From Octopus vulgaris (lineage: Eukaryota), in assembly GCA_951406725.2 (NCBI GenBank), contig OX597820.1, positions 31,992,001 to 32,056,000 of the forward strand: a DNA stretch of 64,000 nucleotides, read 5' to 3'. The notes beneath the pieces were generated by a model. The model ran no database searches and had not been told where the DNA came from. It saw only the letters and a program-made list of their open reading frames with translations. The translations under genes and the position numbers were made by a program. This document shows positions 1-12,600 of this stretch, one piece after another; positions within the stretch are counted from its first letter, which is position 1, and every line of letters begins with the position of its first letter.

Positions 1-55
<55 letters not shown>

Positions 56-136
56 CAATTAAAATAAATGAATAAAAAGATGAATAAAAAAACGTTAAAA
101 ACGAACTTGAGGACATGCACAAGAAATGTAGTACCT

Positions 137-448
137 CAGTGGTTCCCAAACTTTTTCGGGGTGCCGCCCCCTTGACATCCAGGCCACATTTCTAGCGCCC
201 CCGTCTCGCCTAATCATCATAAACATAGACCGCTTTCTATAGCAAATTCAAAAGCAACAGTATTTTACAAATATAACTTAACCTAATGAGCCCATTATTT
301 TGCTGTTTTTACATGAATCGCCACCCTATTATCGCCCCAGTTTTTACATGAATCGCTACCCCGTTATTGCCCCACTTTTCTTCAACGTCCCCTTGGAACT
401 TTACACCGCCCTAAAGGGGGGCAATATCGCCCACCTCGGGAACCACAG
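137..448. mobile_element. hAT-type non-autonomous element (MITE)
   Basis: Termini CAGTGGTTCCC...GGGAACCACAG (inverted, 1 mismatch). 8-bp flanks TAGTACCT/TATTAGCT match 6/8, consistent with a decayed hAT TSD. It interrupts a Penelope-like repeat. Confidence 0.75.
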
Positions 449-478
449 TATTAGCTTGACGCTCGGTGAATGGAGAGA

Positions 479-514
479 CTTTGACGTTTCGAGCATAGCT
501 CTTCGTTGGAAAAG
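479..514 (-). ncRNA. Degenerate minimal hammerhead-ribozyme-like motif in a Penelope-like terminal repeat
   Basis: Minus strand reads CTTTT-CCAACGA-A-GAGC-TAT-GCTC-GAAAC-GTC-AAAG. The core differs from CUGANGA at 2 positions; stem II and the GUC triplet are intact. Confidence 0.45.
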
Positions 515-960
515 AGAAAGAGAAAAGTCCAAAGAGAGAAAAGAAATCGCCAACGGCATACCTGTAGTTCATTACTGAAGCATATTTATATCTTAGTCAC
601 AATATGTGGATTCAAGGAATCCGGTAGTACTCATAAAAATCACTCCTTAAAGTTTTTAGATTTAATATTTATTAAAGGCAGAATTCCTATTAAATTTAAT
701 TCTAATCCTATTCATATTATTAATCAGTGAGAAGATGATAGAGATTTAATTGTACCTATAACTATTATGATAATGAATATAAAATTGGCAGGGAAAAATT
801 TATTGTTCATAAAGAGTAGTACAATTATGAATTGCTCATAATAAATAATGAATTGCTCATAATAACAAACCATATGGAATTTGTAATAATATTTAAGAAA
901 AAAAAGGATACGGTGACATGTAAGTAAGGATATGCAGACATGTAAGTAATTTATTCATTA

Positions 961-1560
961 CTAGCAGTATTGCCCGGCTCAACGGCGATTTCAGGGGAAA
1001 GTTTCAGGGAGTCGCTGGCGATGTATCGTGATGATCAAATATCCGGCCAGCTAAAATTTGGTTAAAGTGATCAAACCGCAGACTCAACGCAAAATGGTCA
1101 CATTTAATTCAAAGCGTTAAAAATGTTATGAAAGCAATTGGTATGTGTTCACAAAGTCCAAAGGATTAATACGAAAAAACCCTCCAGGCTACATCCTGAA
1201 AATTCATTTCCTTGCCGAATTTCTACAATGTTTACGGCGATTCGTTTTTATATCTTGATTTTTTATTTTTCATGCAATTTACGCATGCTTGCACGCGTGG
1301 TGAACACAGTTCACGTCAAACAGCTGACTGAGTAAAGTTCACTATTCAATGCATGAGATAAGGCCTAAACAAACACATTATCGATTTTTGCACTTGCGAG
1401 ATGAATTTCAGAACAGAAATAGCGCAGTTCAATTGTCATTCGCCTAAACTTTAAGTGACCTATTTTTGGTGGTTCTACGATTTGTTGGCTAGGAGGAGAT
1501 GTGCCGGGAAGTTAAACACACAGACACACACACAGATACACACACAGACATATATATAGA
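961..1560 (-). mobile_element. Non-autonomous Helitron
   Basis: On the minus strand it begins TC(TATATATA) after an A and ends CTAG before a T. There is a GC-rich subterminal patch (GCCCGGC) near the CTAG, a microsatellite near the 5' end, and no TSD. Confidence 0.65.
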
Positions 1561-1720
1561 TTAAATACGATAATTTGCCCGGAAGTGGCCTCACGCTTGG
1601 CTTCCTGATCTTCTTCTGATGCACATATAGAGTGAGATATGCAGGATCCAGTTTTTAAACTGAAACGGACTGCCATTGTGTGTAAACGTGTACACACAAA
1701 CAAATATATATCTAATGTAT

Positions 1721-1905
1721 GCGGATCCGTGGAATAAGCTGCAGGACGAGATAGTGAAGATGCCGACGACCGCTCGGTTCAAAGTCTCCCTTGACTACAA
1801 GTGGCCTGAACTCTTTACATGAACACAACCCTGTACATAACTCCATCTCCCCTTACATGGCCTTGCTTTTTGCTTTTTGAGCCAAAAAATTAACTAACTA
1901 ACTAA
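1721..1905 (+). mobile_element. CR1/L2-type LINE 3' fragment
   Basis: Translates ADPWNKLQDEIVKMPTTARFKVSLDYKWPELFT*, matching the WNxL...FKxxLD C-terminus of CR1 ORF2. A short 3' UTR and (TAAC)n tail follow. Confidence 0.75.
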
Positions 1906-2106
1906 TTATGCAATTGACCGAGGCATTATTTAATATATAGCCATCTATGTATCATACTCAATGTATATATACTGTTGATAGGCTGTTCTGATATAATATC
2001 ACTTATGCATTTGCAGTGTTAAAAGCGCAATAAATATCAGAGACGAAAATTTGTCCAAGCAGTGGCCATCGAGAGAGCCAGATGCATTTTGGCCTTTTGG
2101 GGCCCT

Positions 2107-2107
<1 letters not shown>

Positions 2108-2138
<31 letters not shown>

Positions 2139-2270
2139 TGTATGTATGTATGTATGTATGTATGTATGTATGTATGTATGTATGCATGTATTTATGTATG
2201 TATGTATGTATGTATGTATGTATGTATGTATGTATGTATGTATGTATGTAGGTAGGTAGGTAGGTAGGTA
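2108..2270. repeat. (TATG)n/(TAGG)n microsatellite, representative of dozens of AC, AT, AG, ATCT, TATG, AAG and AAT runs in the window
   Basis: Seen directly. Such runs explain the YVCM/THTH/YIYI ORFs. Confidence 0.95.
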
Positions 2271-2546
2271 TGCATGTATGTATGTTTGTATCTATGTATG
2301 TGTATATATGCATGCATATATGTGAAAAATGAGGAGAGAAGGCGTGAAAAAATAAAGGGGATACAGACATTGTATATAAACTCGTACGTAGTACATATAA
2401 CATATCTATACACATATACACCCGGACAGCGTATTATATTTATATACATAAATACATGCATACACAAACATACATACAGACAGACAGACAGATACATACA
2501 CTCATATACGCACTTATATAGATGTTTTGATATATATTATGTAATA

Positions 2547-2579
<33 letters not shown>

Positions 2580-3282
2580 CTACAGATACACACACACATA
2601 CACAAACACACGCACATATATTTGCTCATACTTATATAGATGATTCAATGTATTATATATCATATATATATATATAAATCTACACACACACACACACTCA
2701 CGCATATACATACACACACTCACACACACGCACGCACACAAACAGACGTATCTATCTATTTACGTAAAATCATATTAAAAGAAAATATATGACAGACATT
2801 ATTACTGCCTTACAGATAGATTGTTGATCCACCGCACCTCTGTGTTCAGGCTGCGCCTTTCTACAATACGAGATATCCCATTCCTATCTGCTGTTATCAA
2901 ATATACCCGTAATATTTTAATATCCCTGGACTTCATCTAACTTTGGAGTGAACCACCATTTTGTTTCACTCCCTGTTCCAATCCCTCTTACGGTTCCTTT
3001 CCCCGTTACGCTTTTATTAATAATATGAAAAATTGCTGAGTCTCCAGGTCAAGCCAGATGGAACAGACCCATGATGATATGTATTTCAGTAGTGATCAAC
3101 CCATCTTTCTAAGGCTTTGTAAGAAAATATACAATATCTAAAGAATACTTTCATTATTTAGCATATGTGGTGCGTGTGTGCGCATGCGTTTGTTTGCTTA
3201 TAGCAACTGGAGATTGATCCCTTATTAGATTTCAAGGTTATCGTTCAGTACTGCGGTATCTGTCTGTCTGTCTATCTGTCTG

Positions 3283-3372
<90 letters not shown>

Positions 3373-3703
3373 AGTCGATTTACAGGTGTACGTGTGCACA
3401 AATATACATCCACTTCGACGCACATGCACACATACACACAAGATTGAGATGCATATACATGCATGTATGTATGTATGTATGTATGTATATGTGTATGTAT
3501 ATATACAGATAGATACACACATATATAAATATATATACATACACACATATACACACATACACACACACGTACACACACACACACACACACACACAAGTTT
3601 CTGTATAATGTATGCACCGGGAGGTGAAGAACGAGGCGTTAAAAATACATGTAACATTAAATATGTGTGTGTGTGCATGCGTGCGTGTATGTGCCTGTGT
3701 GTG

Positions 3704-3770
<67 letters not shown>

Positions 3771-4099
3771 GCGCGTGTGTGTATACATAAATGGAGATAG
3801 AAGGAGAGGGAGAGAAGGTGAGACAGTGACACACACAAGCCTCATATTTGTTTATTTTTGCTTTTGTGGCATGTAATACAGTGATAAGATCATAAATCTA
3901 TATCTGGAAAGTCTTGCTTCGGTCTTGCTTAACCAGAACCGTCTGAAGAGGCTGTAGAAAGCCTACAGGAGACACAATCTCGGGTACAGATGCGGGCACT
4001 GCTTGCTAGTGTTGTCTTCTGCAACAAACCTCAGCATGACAAAGAAGTTGGATAACTAGATAGGAACCAGGACTGTATTATTAGGGACTCCAATGTGAG

Positions 4100-4730
4100 G
4101 CGGCGAGCTGGCAGAAACGTTAGCACGCCGGGCGAAATGCTTAGTGGTATTTCGCCTTCCGCTACGTTCTGAGTTCAAATTCCGCCGAGGTCGACTTTGC
4201 CTTTCATCCTTTCGTGGTCGATAAATAAAGTACCAGCTACGCACTGGTGTCGATCTAATCGACTTAATCCCTTTGTCTGTCCTTGTTTGTCCCCTCTATG
4301 TTTAGCCCCTTGTGGGCAACAAAGAAATATGAGCTGGCAGAATCGTTAGCACGCCGGGTGAAATGCTTAGCGGTATTTCGCCTTCCGCTACGTTCTGAGT
4401 TCAAATTCCGCCGAGGTCGACTTTGCCTTTCATCCTTTCGGGGTTGATTAAATAAGTACCAGTTACGCACTGGGGTCGATGTAATCGACTTAATCTGTTT
4501 GTCTGGTCTTGTTTGTCCTCTCTGTGTTTGTTTGGCCCCTTGTGGGTAGTAAAGAAATAGGTATTTTGCCTGCCACTACGTTCTGAGTTCAAATTCCGCC
4601 GAGAATGACTTTATCCTTCAACCTTTCGGGGTCGATTAAACTAGTACCCCTTACGCACCGGACTCGATGTAACTAATTTATCTCCACCCCAAAAATTTCA
4701 GACCTCGACCCTATAGTAGAAAGGATTATT
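4100..4730 (+). mobile_element. SINE family A, composite of three units
   Basis: Head GGCGGCGAGCTGGCAGAAACGTTAGC, B-box-like GAGTTCAAATTCC, central GTCGACTTTGCCTTTCATCCTTTCGGGGTCGATAAA. The same sequence recurs many times across the window. Confidence 0.85.
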
Positions 4731-4764
4731 AGGGACTTCATCAGTCTACTTGAAGTCTAGAATC

Positions 4765-5545
4765 GGTCACCGCTTGCTAAGGTGGGAGGTGTTGAAACAC
4801 TGCTTCTTTTCCAGGATGGGTCTCCGTTTGCTACGATGTGAGGTGTGAGATGCTGCCCTTGCCCAGGATGGTATCCGCTTGCAAAGGTGGGAAGTGTTGG
4901 AACGCTGCTTACTTTCAAGGTTGGGTCTCCGATCACTACGATTGGATGTGTTGAGATGCTGCTCTAGTCCAGGATGATTTCCGCTTGCTACGATGGAATA
5001 ATTTGAGGCGATGCTCTTCTCCGAGATGATTTCCACTTGCTAAGGTGGGAAGTGTTGAAACACTCCTTGTTTTCTAGGAAGGGTCTCCGCTTACTACGAT
5101 GGGAGATGTTAGATGTAGCTCTTGACCAGGATGGATCTCCGCTTGCTACAATGGGATATGTTGAGATGCTGCTCTTGTCCAAGATGATTTTCGCTTGCTA
5201 AGGTGGGAAGTGTTGAAATGCTACTTGTTTTCCAGGATGCGTCTCCGCTTAACACGATGGGAGATGTCAGATGGGAGATGTTAGATGTAGTTCTTGTCCA
5301 GGGTGGGTCACCGCTTGCTACGATGGGATATATTGAGATTCTGCTAATGTCCAGGATGGTCTCCGCTTGCAAAGGTGGGAAGTGTTGGAACGCTGCTTGC
5401 TTTCCAGGATGGGTCTCCGCTTAACATGATGGGAGATGTTAGATGTAGGTCTTGTCCAGGATGGGTCACCGCTTGCTACGATGGGGCATGTTGAGATGTT
5501 TCTCATGTCCAGCATGGTCTCCGCTTGCTAAAGTGGCAGTGTGTG
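4765..5545. repeat. ~53-bp tandem minisatellite, about 15 units, with a 3-unit higher-order repeat
   Basis: CCAGGATGG-like anchors at 4811, 4863, ~4916, 4969, 5021, ~5074, 5126, 5179, 5232, 5298, 5351, 5404, 5456 and 5509. Confidence 0.9.
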
Positions 5546-5811
5546 AACATTGTAGTGACCTCAGGTCTTCTGTTGTAAAGCAGTGTGCTGACGGTGCAAA
5601 TCTTATGACCGATTTCTGCAGAATTTTTGTTTACCAAAATCTACTCTCAAGGCATTGGTTAACTCGAAGTCATAGAAGTTATACGAGTCCTGTGCAGTAC
5701 AATTGAACCCGGAACTGTGTCATTGTGAAGCAAACTCATGAAATGTTGCTAAACCGGCTTAAATATTTAAATTGAAAGAGAAGGGGATTATGAAGTATGT
5801 GTTTGTGCGTA

Positions 5812-5869
<58 letters not shown>

Positions 5870-6226
5870 CCCATGTGTGTATATGTGCGTGTGTGTGCGT
5901 GTGTATGTGCGTGTGCGTGCGTGTTTATGGTGTGTGATAGAAAGAGAAAAGAGTGGACATGTTCGATGTGAAAAAAAGATTGAGAAGGAAATAGAACTAG
6001 AGAAAAAATGTGTGGAATGAGAAGAAGAAGAAGAAGAAGAAGAAGAAGAAGAAGAAGAAGAAGAAGAAGAAGAAAAAAAAAAGAAGAAGAAGAAGAAGAA
6101 GAAGAAGAAGAAGAAGAAGAAGAAGAAGAAGAAGAAGAGTGGGAGAAAGTGTGTGGACTGACGGGAGAGATTGAGAGACAGTGAAGGAGTGAGAGAGAGG
6201 GGATGAGAAAGAGAGAGAGAGAGAAA

Positions 6227-6280
<54 letters not shown>

Positions 6281-6618
6281 TAGAGACTGAAAGAAGGAGG
6301 GAAGGAAGTAGAGGGAGTGAGAGAAAGAAATACAGAGCAGGAATGTCTGCGTGTTAGGAACAATTTTAAAATCAGGCAAAATTTGGGAAGAAAGCAAAAA
6401 ATTTAACGGTTAAAAGAAAGAGTAGATGGGAGAGAGAGAGAGAGAAAGAGAGAGAGAAATAGATAAAGAGAGATAACTGAGGGGTAGGGAGAGGAGAAGG
6501 TACGATGTGGTGATGAGAGTTAGGGATAGAAGAGAAAAAAGAACGAAAGCAAACAATAAAGAGTGAAAGAGTAAAAGAAATGAAAAGCTTGAAGAAAGAA
6601 TGGTACTTTTAAAGTAAC

Positions 6619-6810
6619 AGCTTATATAAGCTATATTACCGTCTGTTTAAGACCGGAGATGACGTCACTGCAATATAATCGCCATCCTCGTTGTACAGCC
6701 GTAGCGCCGCCATTTAATCACATGTGACCTAGATGTGTTGTTGAAGAAATTGGGTTTTGTTTCCGTGGGTTAGATTGCCCCAACCTTGCCTCACTTCCGA
6801 GCACGTGACC
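6619..6810. promoter_or_regulatory. Candidate cis-regulatory cluster (TATA palindrome, CRE, YY1-like, E-boxes)
   Basis: AGCTTATATAAGCT 6619-6632, TGACGTCA 6660-6667, GCCGCCATTT 6706-6715, TCACATGTGA 6718-6727 and CACGTGAC 6802-6809, in a non-repetitive CpG-containing patch. Confidence 0.35.
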
Positions 6811-6892
6811 TCCTTACCTACTTTATCATGCCATTTAATGTAATATATAATGCCATAGTGTATAACATTGTATATAATATTGTATATAATAT

Positions 6893-6924
<32 letters not shown>

Positions 6925-6929
6925 GATTA

Positions 6930-7284
6930 AGGCAGCGAGCGGGCAGAAACGTTAGCACGCCGGGTGAAATGCGTAGCCGTATTTCGTCTGCCGTTACGTT
7001 CTGAGTTCAAATTCCGCCGAGGTCGAATTTGCCTTTCATCCTTTCGGGGGCGATAAATTAACTACGTGTTACGCACTGGGGTCGATATAATCGACTTAAT
7101 CCGTTTGTCTCTCCTTGTTTGTTCCCTCTGTGTTTAGCCCCTTGTGGGTAGTGAAGAAATGGTTATTTCGTCTGTCTTTATGTTCTGAGTTCAAATTCCG
7201 TCGAGGTCAACTTTGCCTTACATCCTTTCGGCGTACTGGATCGCTCTGATCGACTGGCCCTCTCCCATAAATCTCGGGCCTTGC
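6930..7284 (+). mobile_element. SINE family A composite (two units)
   Basis: Same head and body as the 4100 copy. The first tail ends GAAGAAAT and the sequence then resumes at the internal GGTTATTTCG site. Confidence 0.8.
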
Positions 7285-7306
7285 GTCTGGAGTAGAAAAG
7301 AATATT

Positions 7307-7350
<44 letters not shown>

Positions 7351-7659
7351 GTATGTATGTATATAGATATTCTTTTATTCTTTTACTTGTTTCAGTTATC
7401 TGACTGCGGCCACCGCCTTTAGTCGAACAAATCGACCCCAGGACTTATTCTTGGTAAGCCTAGTACTTATTCTGTTGGTCTCTTTTGCCGAATCGCTAAG
7501 TTACGGAGACGTAAACACACCAACATCGGCTGTCAAGCGATGGTGGAGGACAAACGCAGACCCCTACATAGACAACATATATTAAAAGAGGCTCTAAGAT
7601 AAAATTTTGCACATGCTCTTAGCTATGCACAAAACATGAGAACAAACTGTTTTTAATCG

Positions 7660-8090
7660 ATCTTTGCCCTTACCTTAGTTAACATCGGTAGCGTTCAGAG
7701 AGGACGCTGGTATGCGTGGACGAGGGAGCTGGCAGAAACGTTAGCACGCCGGGCGAAATGCTTAGCGGTATTTCGTCTGCGTTACGTTGTGAGTTCAAAT
7801 TCCGCCGAGGTCGATTTTGCCTTTCATCCTTTCGGGGTCGATAAATTAAGTACCAGTTACGCACTGGGGTCGATATAAATGACTTAATACCTATGTCTGT
7901 CCTTGTTTGTCCCCTCTGTGTTTAGCCCCTTGTGGGTAATAAAGAAATAGGTATGCGTGGACGACTATTGGTCTTCCATAAAAACAACCTTTGTCAGGAC
8001 TTGTGCCTCGGAAGAGAACCTTCTAGGTGTAACCCCATGGTCCTTCATGACCGAAGCGAGTAGGGTGAGGTTGGGTGGTGGGGTCTTCAC
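7660..8090 (+). mobile_element. SINE family C 3' part, interrupted by a family A SINE
   Basis: The two flanks join to match the uninterrupted copy at about 48490-48660 (GGTATGCATGGGCGACTGCTGG...AAACAACCTTG). Confidence 0.75.
7724..7949 (+). mobile_element. SINE family A monomer with a perfect 15-bp TSD
   Basis: GGTATGCGTGGACGA at 7709-7723 and 7950-7964. Confidence 0.9.
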
Positions 8091-8319
8091 CTTTTTAGTG
8101 TATAGTGTACTACTTAATATGGTTTCGTATTCCTGTCCTGTTATTGGAAACACATAATAGCGACAGATGATAATAAGGTTAGCTTCAGTGTCGTTATTCT
8201 TTTATTTGTTTCAGTCATTTGACTGCGGTCATACTGGAGCACAGTCTTTAGTCGAACAAATCGACCCCAGAACTTATTCTTTATAAGCCTATTACGAGGG
8301 TGAGAGGACAAACACAGAC

Positions 8320-8862
<543 letters not shown>

Positions 8863-9555
8863 TATACAAACAGGCTTCTTTCAGTTTCCGTCTACCAAGT
8901 CCACTCATAAGGATTTGGTCGGCCTGAGACTATAATAGAAGACACCCAAGATGCCACCCAGTGGGACTGAACCGTGTGGTAAGCAAGTTGCAACCTACTT
9001 ACCACACAGCCACTCCTGCGCCTCGTCAGTCAATGATATGATTTAAAAAAAAAATTTTTTTTTATAAAGGGTACGGCAAAAACACTTCTTACATTTACCA
9101 ATTTTAAACGTTTTTAAAGAAACGCATAAGACACAAAGGCTTGAGTAATAATTTTAGAAGACCAACTATAATGAAACTATATCCATATGAATACATCATT
9201 ATTAACTACTCATCATTAATAACATTGTATCAACGACCTAGTAAAATACGGCGAATTTTTCTACCGCATTCTGTGTATTAACTATTATATAAATTGAAGG
9301 TTTTACCCTATTAACCTAGATTTATCTTTTCGTTTCGTCTATATAATTTTATCCGTAGCTTTAACTATAGACATTTTCTTGTAGTTTTTTTTTTGCTAGA
9401 TTTTTGCCTATACATTTTAGACGCTGGTTTTTGTATTATTTAGCTTATACTTTTGCGTATAGATTTCTGAGAGATTTTAGCGCATGTTTTGATCAGTAGT
9501 TATCCCATTATTTGATCTATTATAGTATAGTATAATACGATATATAATATATATA

Positions 9556-9643
<88 letters not shown>

Positions 9644-9883
9644 GTAGTCAAGTGAATTATCCTACTATGGATAATTCGGTTAACCGATACCCGGGTAGCA
9701 AATTTACGTCAGAAAACACGGTTGAAGCTACATGCCAAGGGCAGAAATCACGTGCTTTCGTGTGGAAATTTGTGTTTTTTTTTTTGCTATAAATAAATGA
9801 AAGAATGGTGTTGAATGCAGTCTTCGAAACATATGTCGAGAATAAAGGAATTTTGTTAAATCGTCGCTCAACTCCATTCCTTC

Positions 9884-9926
<43 letters not shown>

Positions 9927-9931
9927 CACAC

Positions 9932-9987
<56 letters not shown>

Positions 9988-10387
9988 TATATATATGTAT
10001 ATAATATACATCTAACTGCTACGATATAAGAAACGTTGGCATCTTTACAGACACTGATGTTGTAAATAGTCAGCATATTTATTAGAAATTAATTATTAGC
10101 GACAGAAGCAATAGTATTACCAAAAGGTATTAATATTGCTGATGTTCTATATATCGTAGCAGTGAAACTTGACTGACATACGCCGATGAGACGTCTCCCA
10201 CTGATAAGTTCCAGTACAATGAAATTACGTGATATAGGAGCCTCGGTGCTTTTATGCACCGAGCGCCTAATGAGAGGATCTCTCAAGGCTAATAGCGCAG
10301 TATCCAGCATTCTAACAAAGCATCCATGTTTAGTTGGATATAAAGATTATCTTTTGGTAATAATACTGCTACCATCACTAATATAAT

Positions 10388-10695
10388 TCGTCCTTGGTCG
10401 AAAGACACCCGTTGTTATGTCCTGTTATTATTATCAGTTTTATTGTATTTATTATTGTATTTATATTTGTGTAACTTTGTCCGTTTTCTCCGTCCTTGTT
10501 TTTGTATACATTCGCTGCTTTCTTCCAAGGAACCTAATGCTCTTAGCTTAGTTTTTCCTTGGGGCTGGCCAGATGGGAGCAATCTCAAGAATGATCAGCC
10601 GAAATTGCGAGGATAATCTGGTGCTTGACTGAGGAAAGAAAATTTCGAATGACCCGTCCTTGTTTTATTTGTATCGTCAATCTGGATGTTCTGTT
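10388..10695 (+). mobile_element. Dispersed repeat family D copy
   Basis: Closely similar to 8395-8700. Confidence 0.7.
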
Positions 10696-10779
10696 GATGT
10701 AGTATAGCATCAAGAGCAGTTACGAGAAAACAAGTAAAGAAATCAACAGAATACTTCTTCCCGCAAGCCACCATTGTCA

Positions 10780-10872
10780 GCTAGATCACGTGCTGGTTTA
10801 ATAAGTCATGCTCGCATCCATATTGCCTTTGGTGGCCTGAGGACTCACATGAGGAGTCACGAGGAGAAGTGA
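10780..10872 (+). mobile_element. RTE/BovB-like ORF C-terminal zinc-finger remnant
   Basis: Translates ARSRAGLISHARIHIAFGGLRTHMRSHEEK*: two HxxxH finger ends resembling the RTE SRxGLxSHxRxH motif. Confidence 0.45.
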
Positions 10873-11015
10873 ATGAATTGTAAACATTGGTGAATAGTAG
10901 TAATAGTAATGTGAGTGTGTTGTTAATTGTCTATTTGGTTGGATTTTGTTTTTCTGTCTTCTCGCTGAACACCCGTACATCGTCATCGGTAGGAAAATCC
11001 GTCATATATATATTC

Positions 11016-11245
11016 TTTTACTCTTTTACTTGTCTCAGTCATTTGACTGCGGCCATGCTAGAGCACCGCCTTTGGTCGAGCAAATCGTCCGAAGAACTTA
11101 TTCTTTGTAAGCCTAGTACTTATTCTATCGTTCTCTTTTACCGAACCGCTAAGTCACGGGTACGTAAACACACCAGCATCGGTTGTCAAGCACTGTTGGG
11201 GGAACAAACAAACAAACACACACACATACACGCACACACACACAT

Positions 11246-11282
<37 letters not shown>

Positions 11283-11454
11283 CATCTACACGACGGGCTT
11301 CTTTCAGTTTCCGTCTACCAAATCCACTCACAAGGCTTTGGTCAGCCCGAGGCTATAGTAGAAGACACTTGCCCAAGGTGCCACTCAGTGGGACTGAACC
11401 CGGAACCATGTGGTTGGTAAGCAAGCTACTTACCACACAGCCACTCCTACGCCT
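11016..11454 (-). mobile_element. SINE family B, near full length with an internal microsatellite
   Basis: Minus-strand head GGCGTAGGAGTGGCTGTGTGGTAAG...GGTTCAGTCCCAC (A/B-box-like) and tail ending CAAGTAAAAGAG. Many copies in the window. Confidence 0.85.
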
Positions 11455-11655
11455 ATATTTTGTATTTACTTTCTTGTTTACCTTCTCTCTATGTTGTATT
11501 TTTCCTCTATACACAGAATGCAACCATATACCTAAACCAGGACCGTCTTCGTAGCATTATAGACCCTCCTCACCGGGAAAATCAAAACACTTGTTCTTAT
11601 GGTAGGCATTTACTCCCAGCAAACCACTGTATAGATCATGATTAAGCCTCTTGGC

Positions 11656-12600
11656 CAGTGGTTCTCAATCAGGGTCCATTTGGCCCGTGTGGATCCATAT
11701 GTTCCCGAGGGTCCGTATAAGATTGGGCGGGTGGGGGGGGGGGGGGGCGTGCAACAAAATAGTAAATTGGGGAGCCACAATGGTATTTTAAGAACCTTTG
11801 ACAAAATTTTGTTTTAGACATATGTATTGGTATATATTGTAAGAATCAGTTAGTTTTCTGTTTCTAATATTTTACATAGTTCAACCTTTACAAGTTAATG
11901 TGTGAAAAACAAATTGGAAATTTTGAAAGAAGTTTCTATAAAACTATTGGGTTGCCCGGAAAGTTCGTGCCGATATTTAAAGGAAAGAAAAGGGTCAATA
12001 AATACTTGCCATTATATTTTTAATCAACCAAACATGAACCATTTTGTTGCACAATGTGTCTCCATCTTTCCTTTAACTTGAAAATACCCTCTTCCCAGAA
12101 TTGAGGTGGTTTCATGGCAAAGAATTCATCAAGGTATCTTTTTACGTCATCCAAGGAATTGAAATTTTTACCATCAAGACTATTCTACAGAGACCTGAAT
12201 AAGTGGAAATCCGTAGGAGCAATATCTGGTGAATATGGAGGGTGGGGTAACACATTCCAGCCGAGCTGCAGCAATTTTTGTCTGGTTCCCAAAGCATCAA
12301 GTGCCGAAAATGTACTTTCTTATCTTCCATTTTAAAGGGTTATAGAATTAACACAGGTTATAGGAACATAAACCTTCTTCCACGAAAAGATAGCTTAAAC
12401 TGTGCTCTAAGTGGTATAGTCACATCCTATTTTATGGACTCAACCATGTTCTAAAATAAGTCGAAAGGTAAGCTACTATAACTCGGCACGAACTTTCCGG
12501 ACAACCCAATAGTTTTTCAACATTGAATGGCTATAGGGGTCCACCAGAATAATATAGTAATCAAAGGGGTCCATAGATAAAAAATGTTTAAGAACCCCTA
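11656..12600. mobile_element. hAT-type MITE hosting a nested mariner
   Basis: Termini CAGTGGTTCTCAA...TTAAGAACCCCTA; 8-bp flanks CTCTTGGC/TTCTAGGC. Homologous to 49993-50320. Confidence 0.75.
11947..12509 (-). mobile_element. Internally deleted mariner transposon
   Basis: ~27-bp TIRs TTGGGTTG(C/T)CCGGAAAGTTCGTGCCGA with a TA TSD on both sides. The minus strand encodes the N-terminus MEDKKVHFRHLMLW joined to a C-terminal piece with HPPYSPDIAPTDFHLF. Confidence 0.92.

Noticed and set aside
4060-4100. CIIRDSNVR resembling the GDS motif of a CR1 ORF1 esterase
   Set aside because: A single imperfect motif, truncated by a SINE; not enough support.
4765-5545. CRISPR array or coding repeat (e.g. 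zinc-finger array)
   Set aside because: The units are wholly homologous with no unique spacers, the 52-53 bp period breaks the frame, there are no cas genes, and the context is eukaryotic.
10238-10266. Hairpin CTCGGTGC-TTTTAT-GCACCGAG as a terminator or miRNA
   Set aside because: The stem is too short for a pre-miRNA, and bacterial terminators are irrelevant here.
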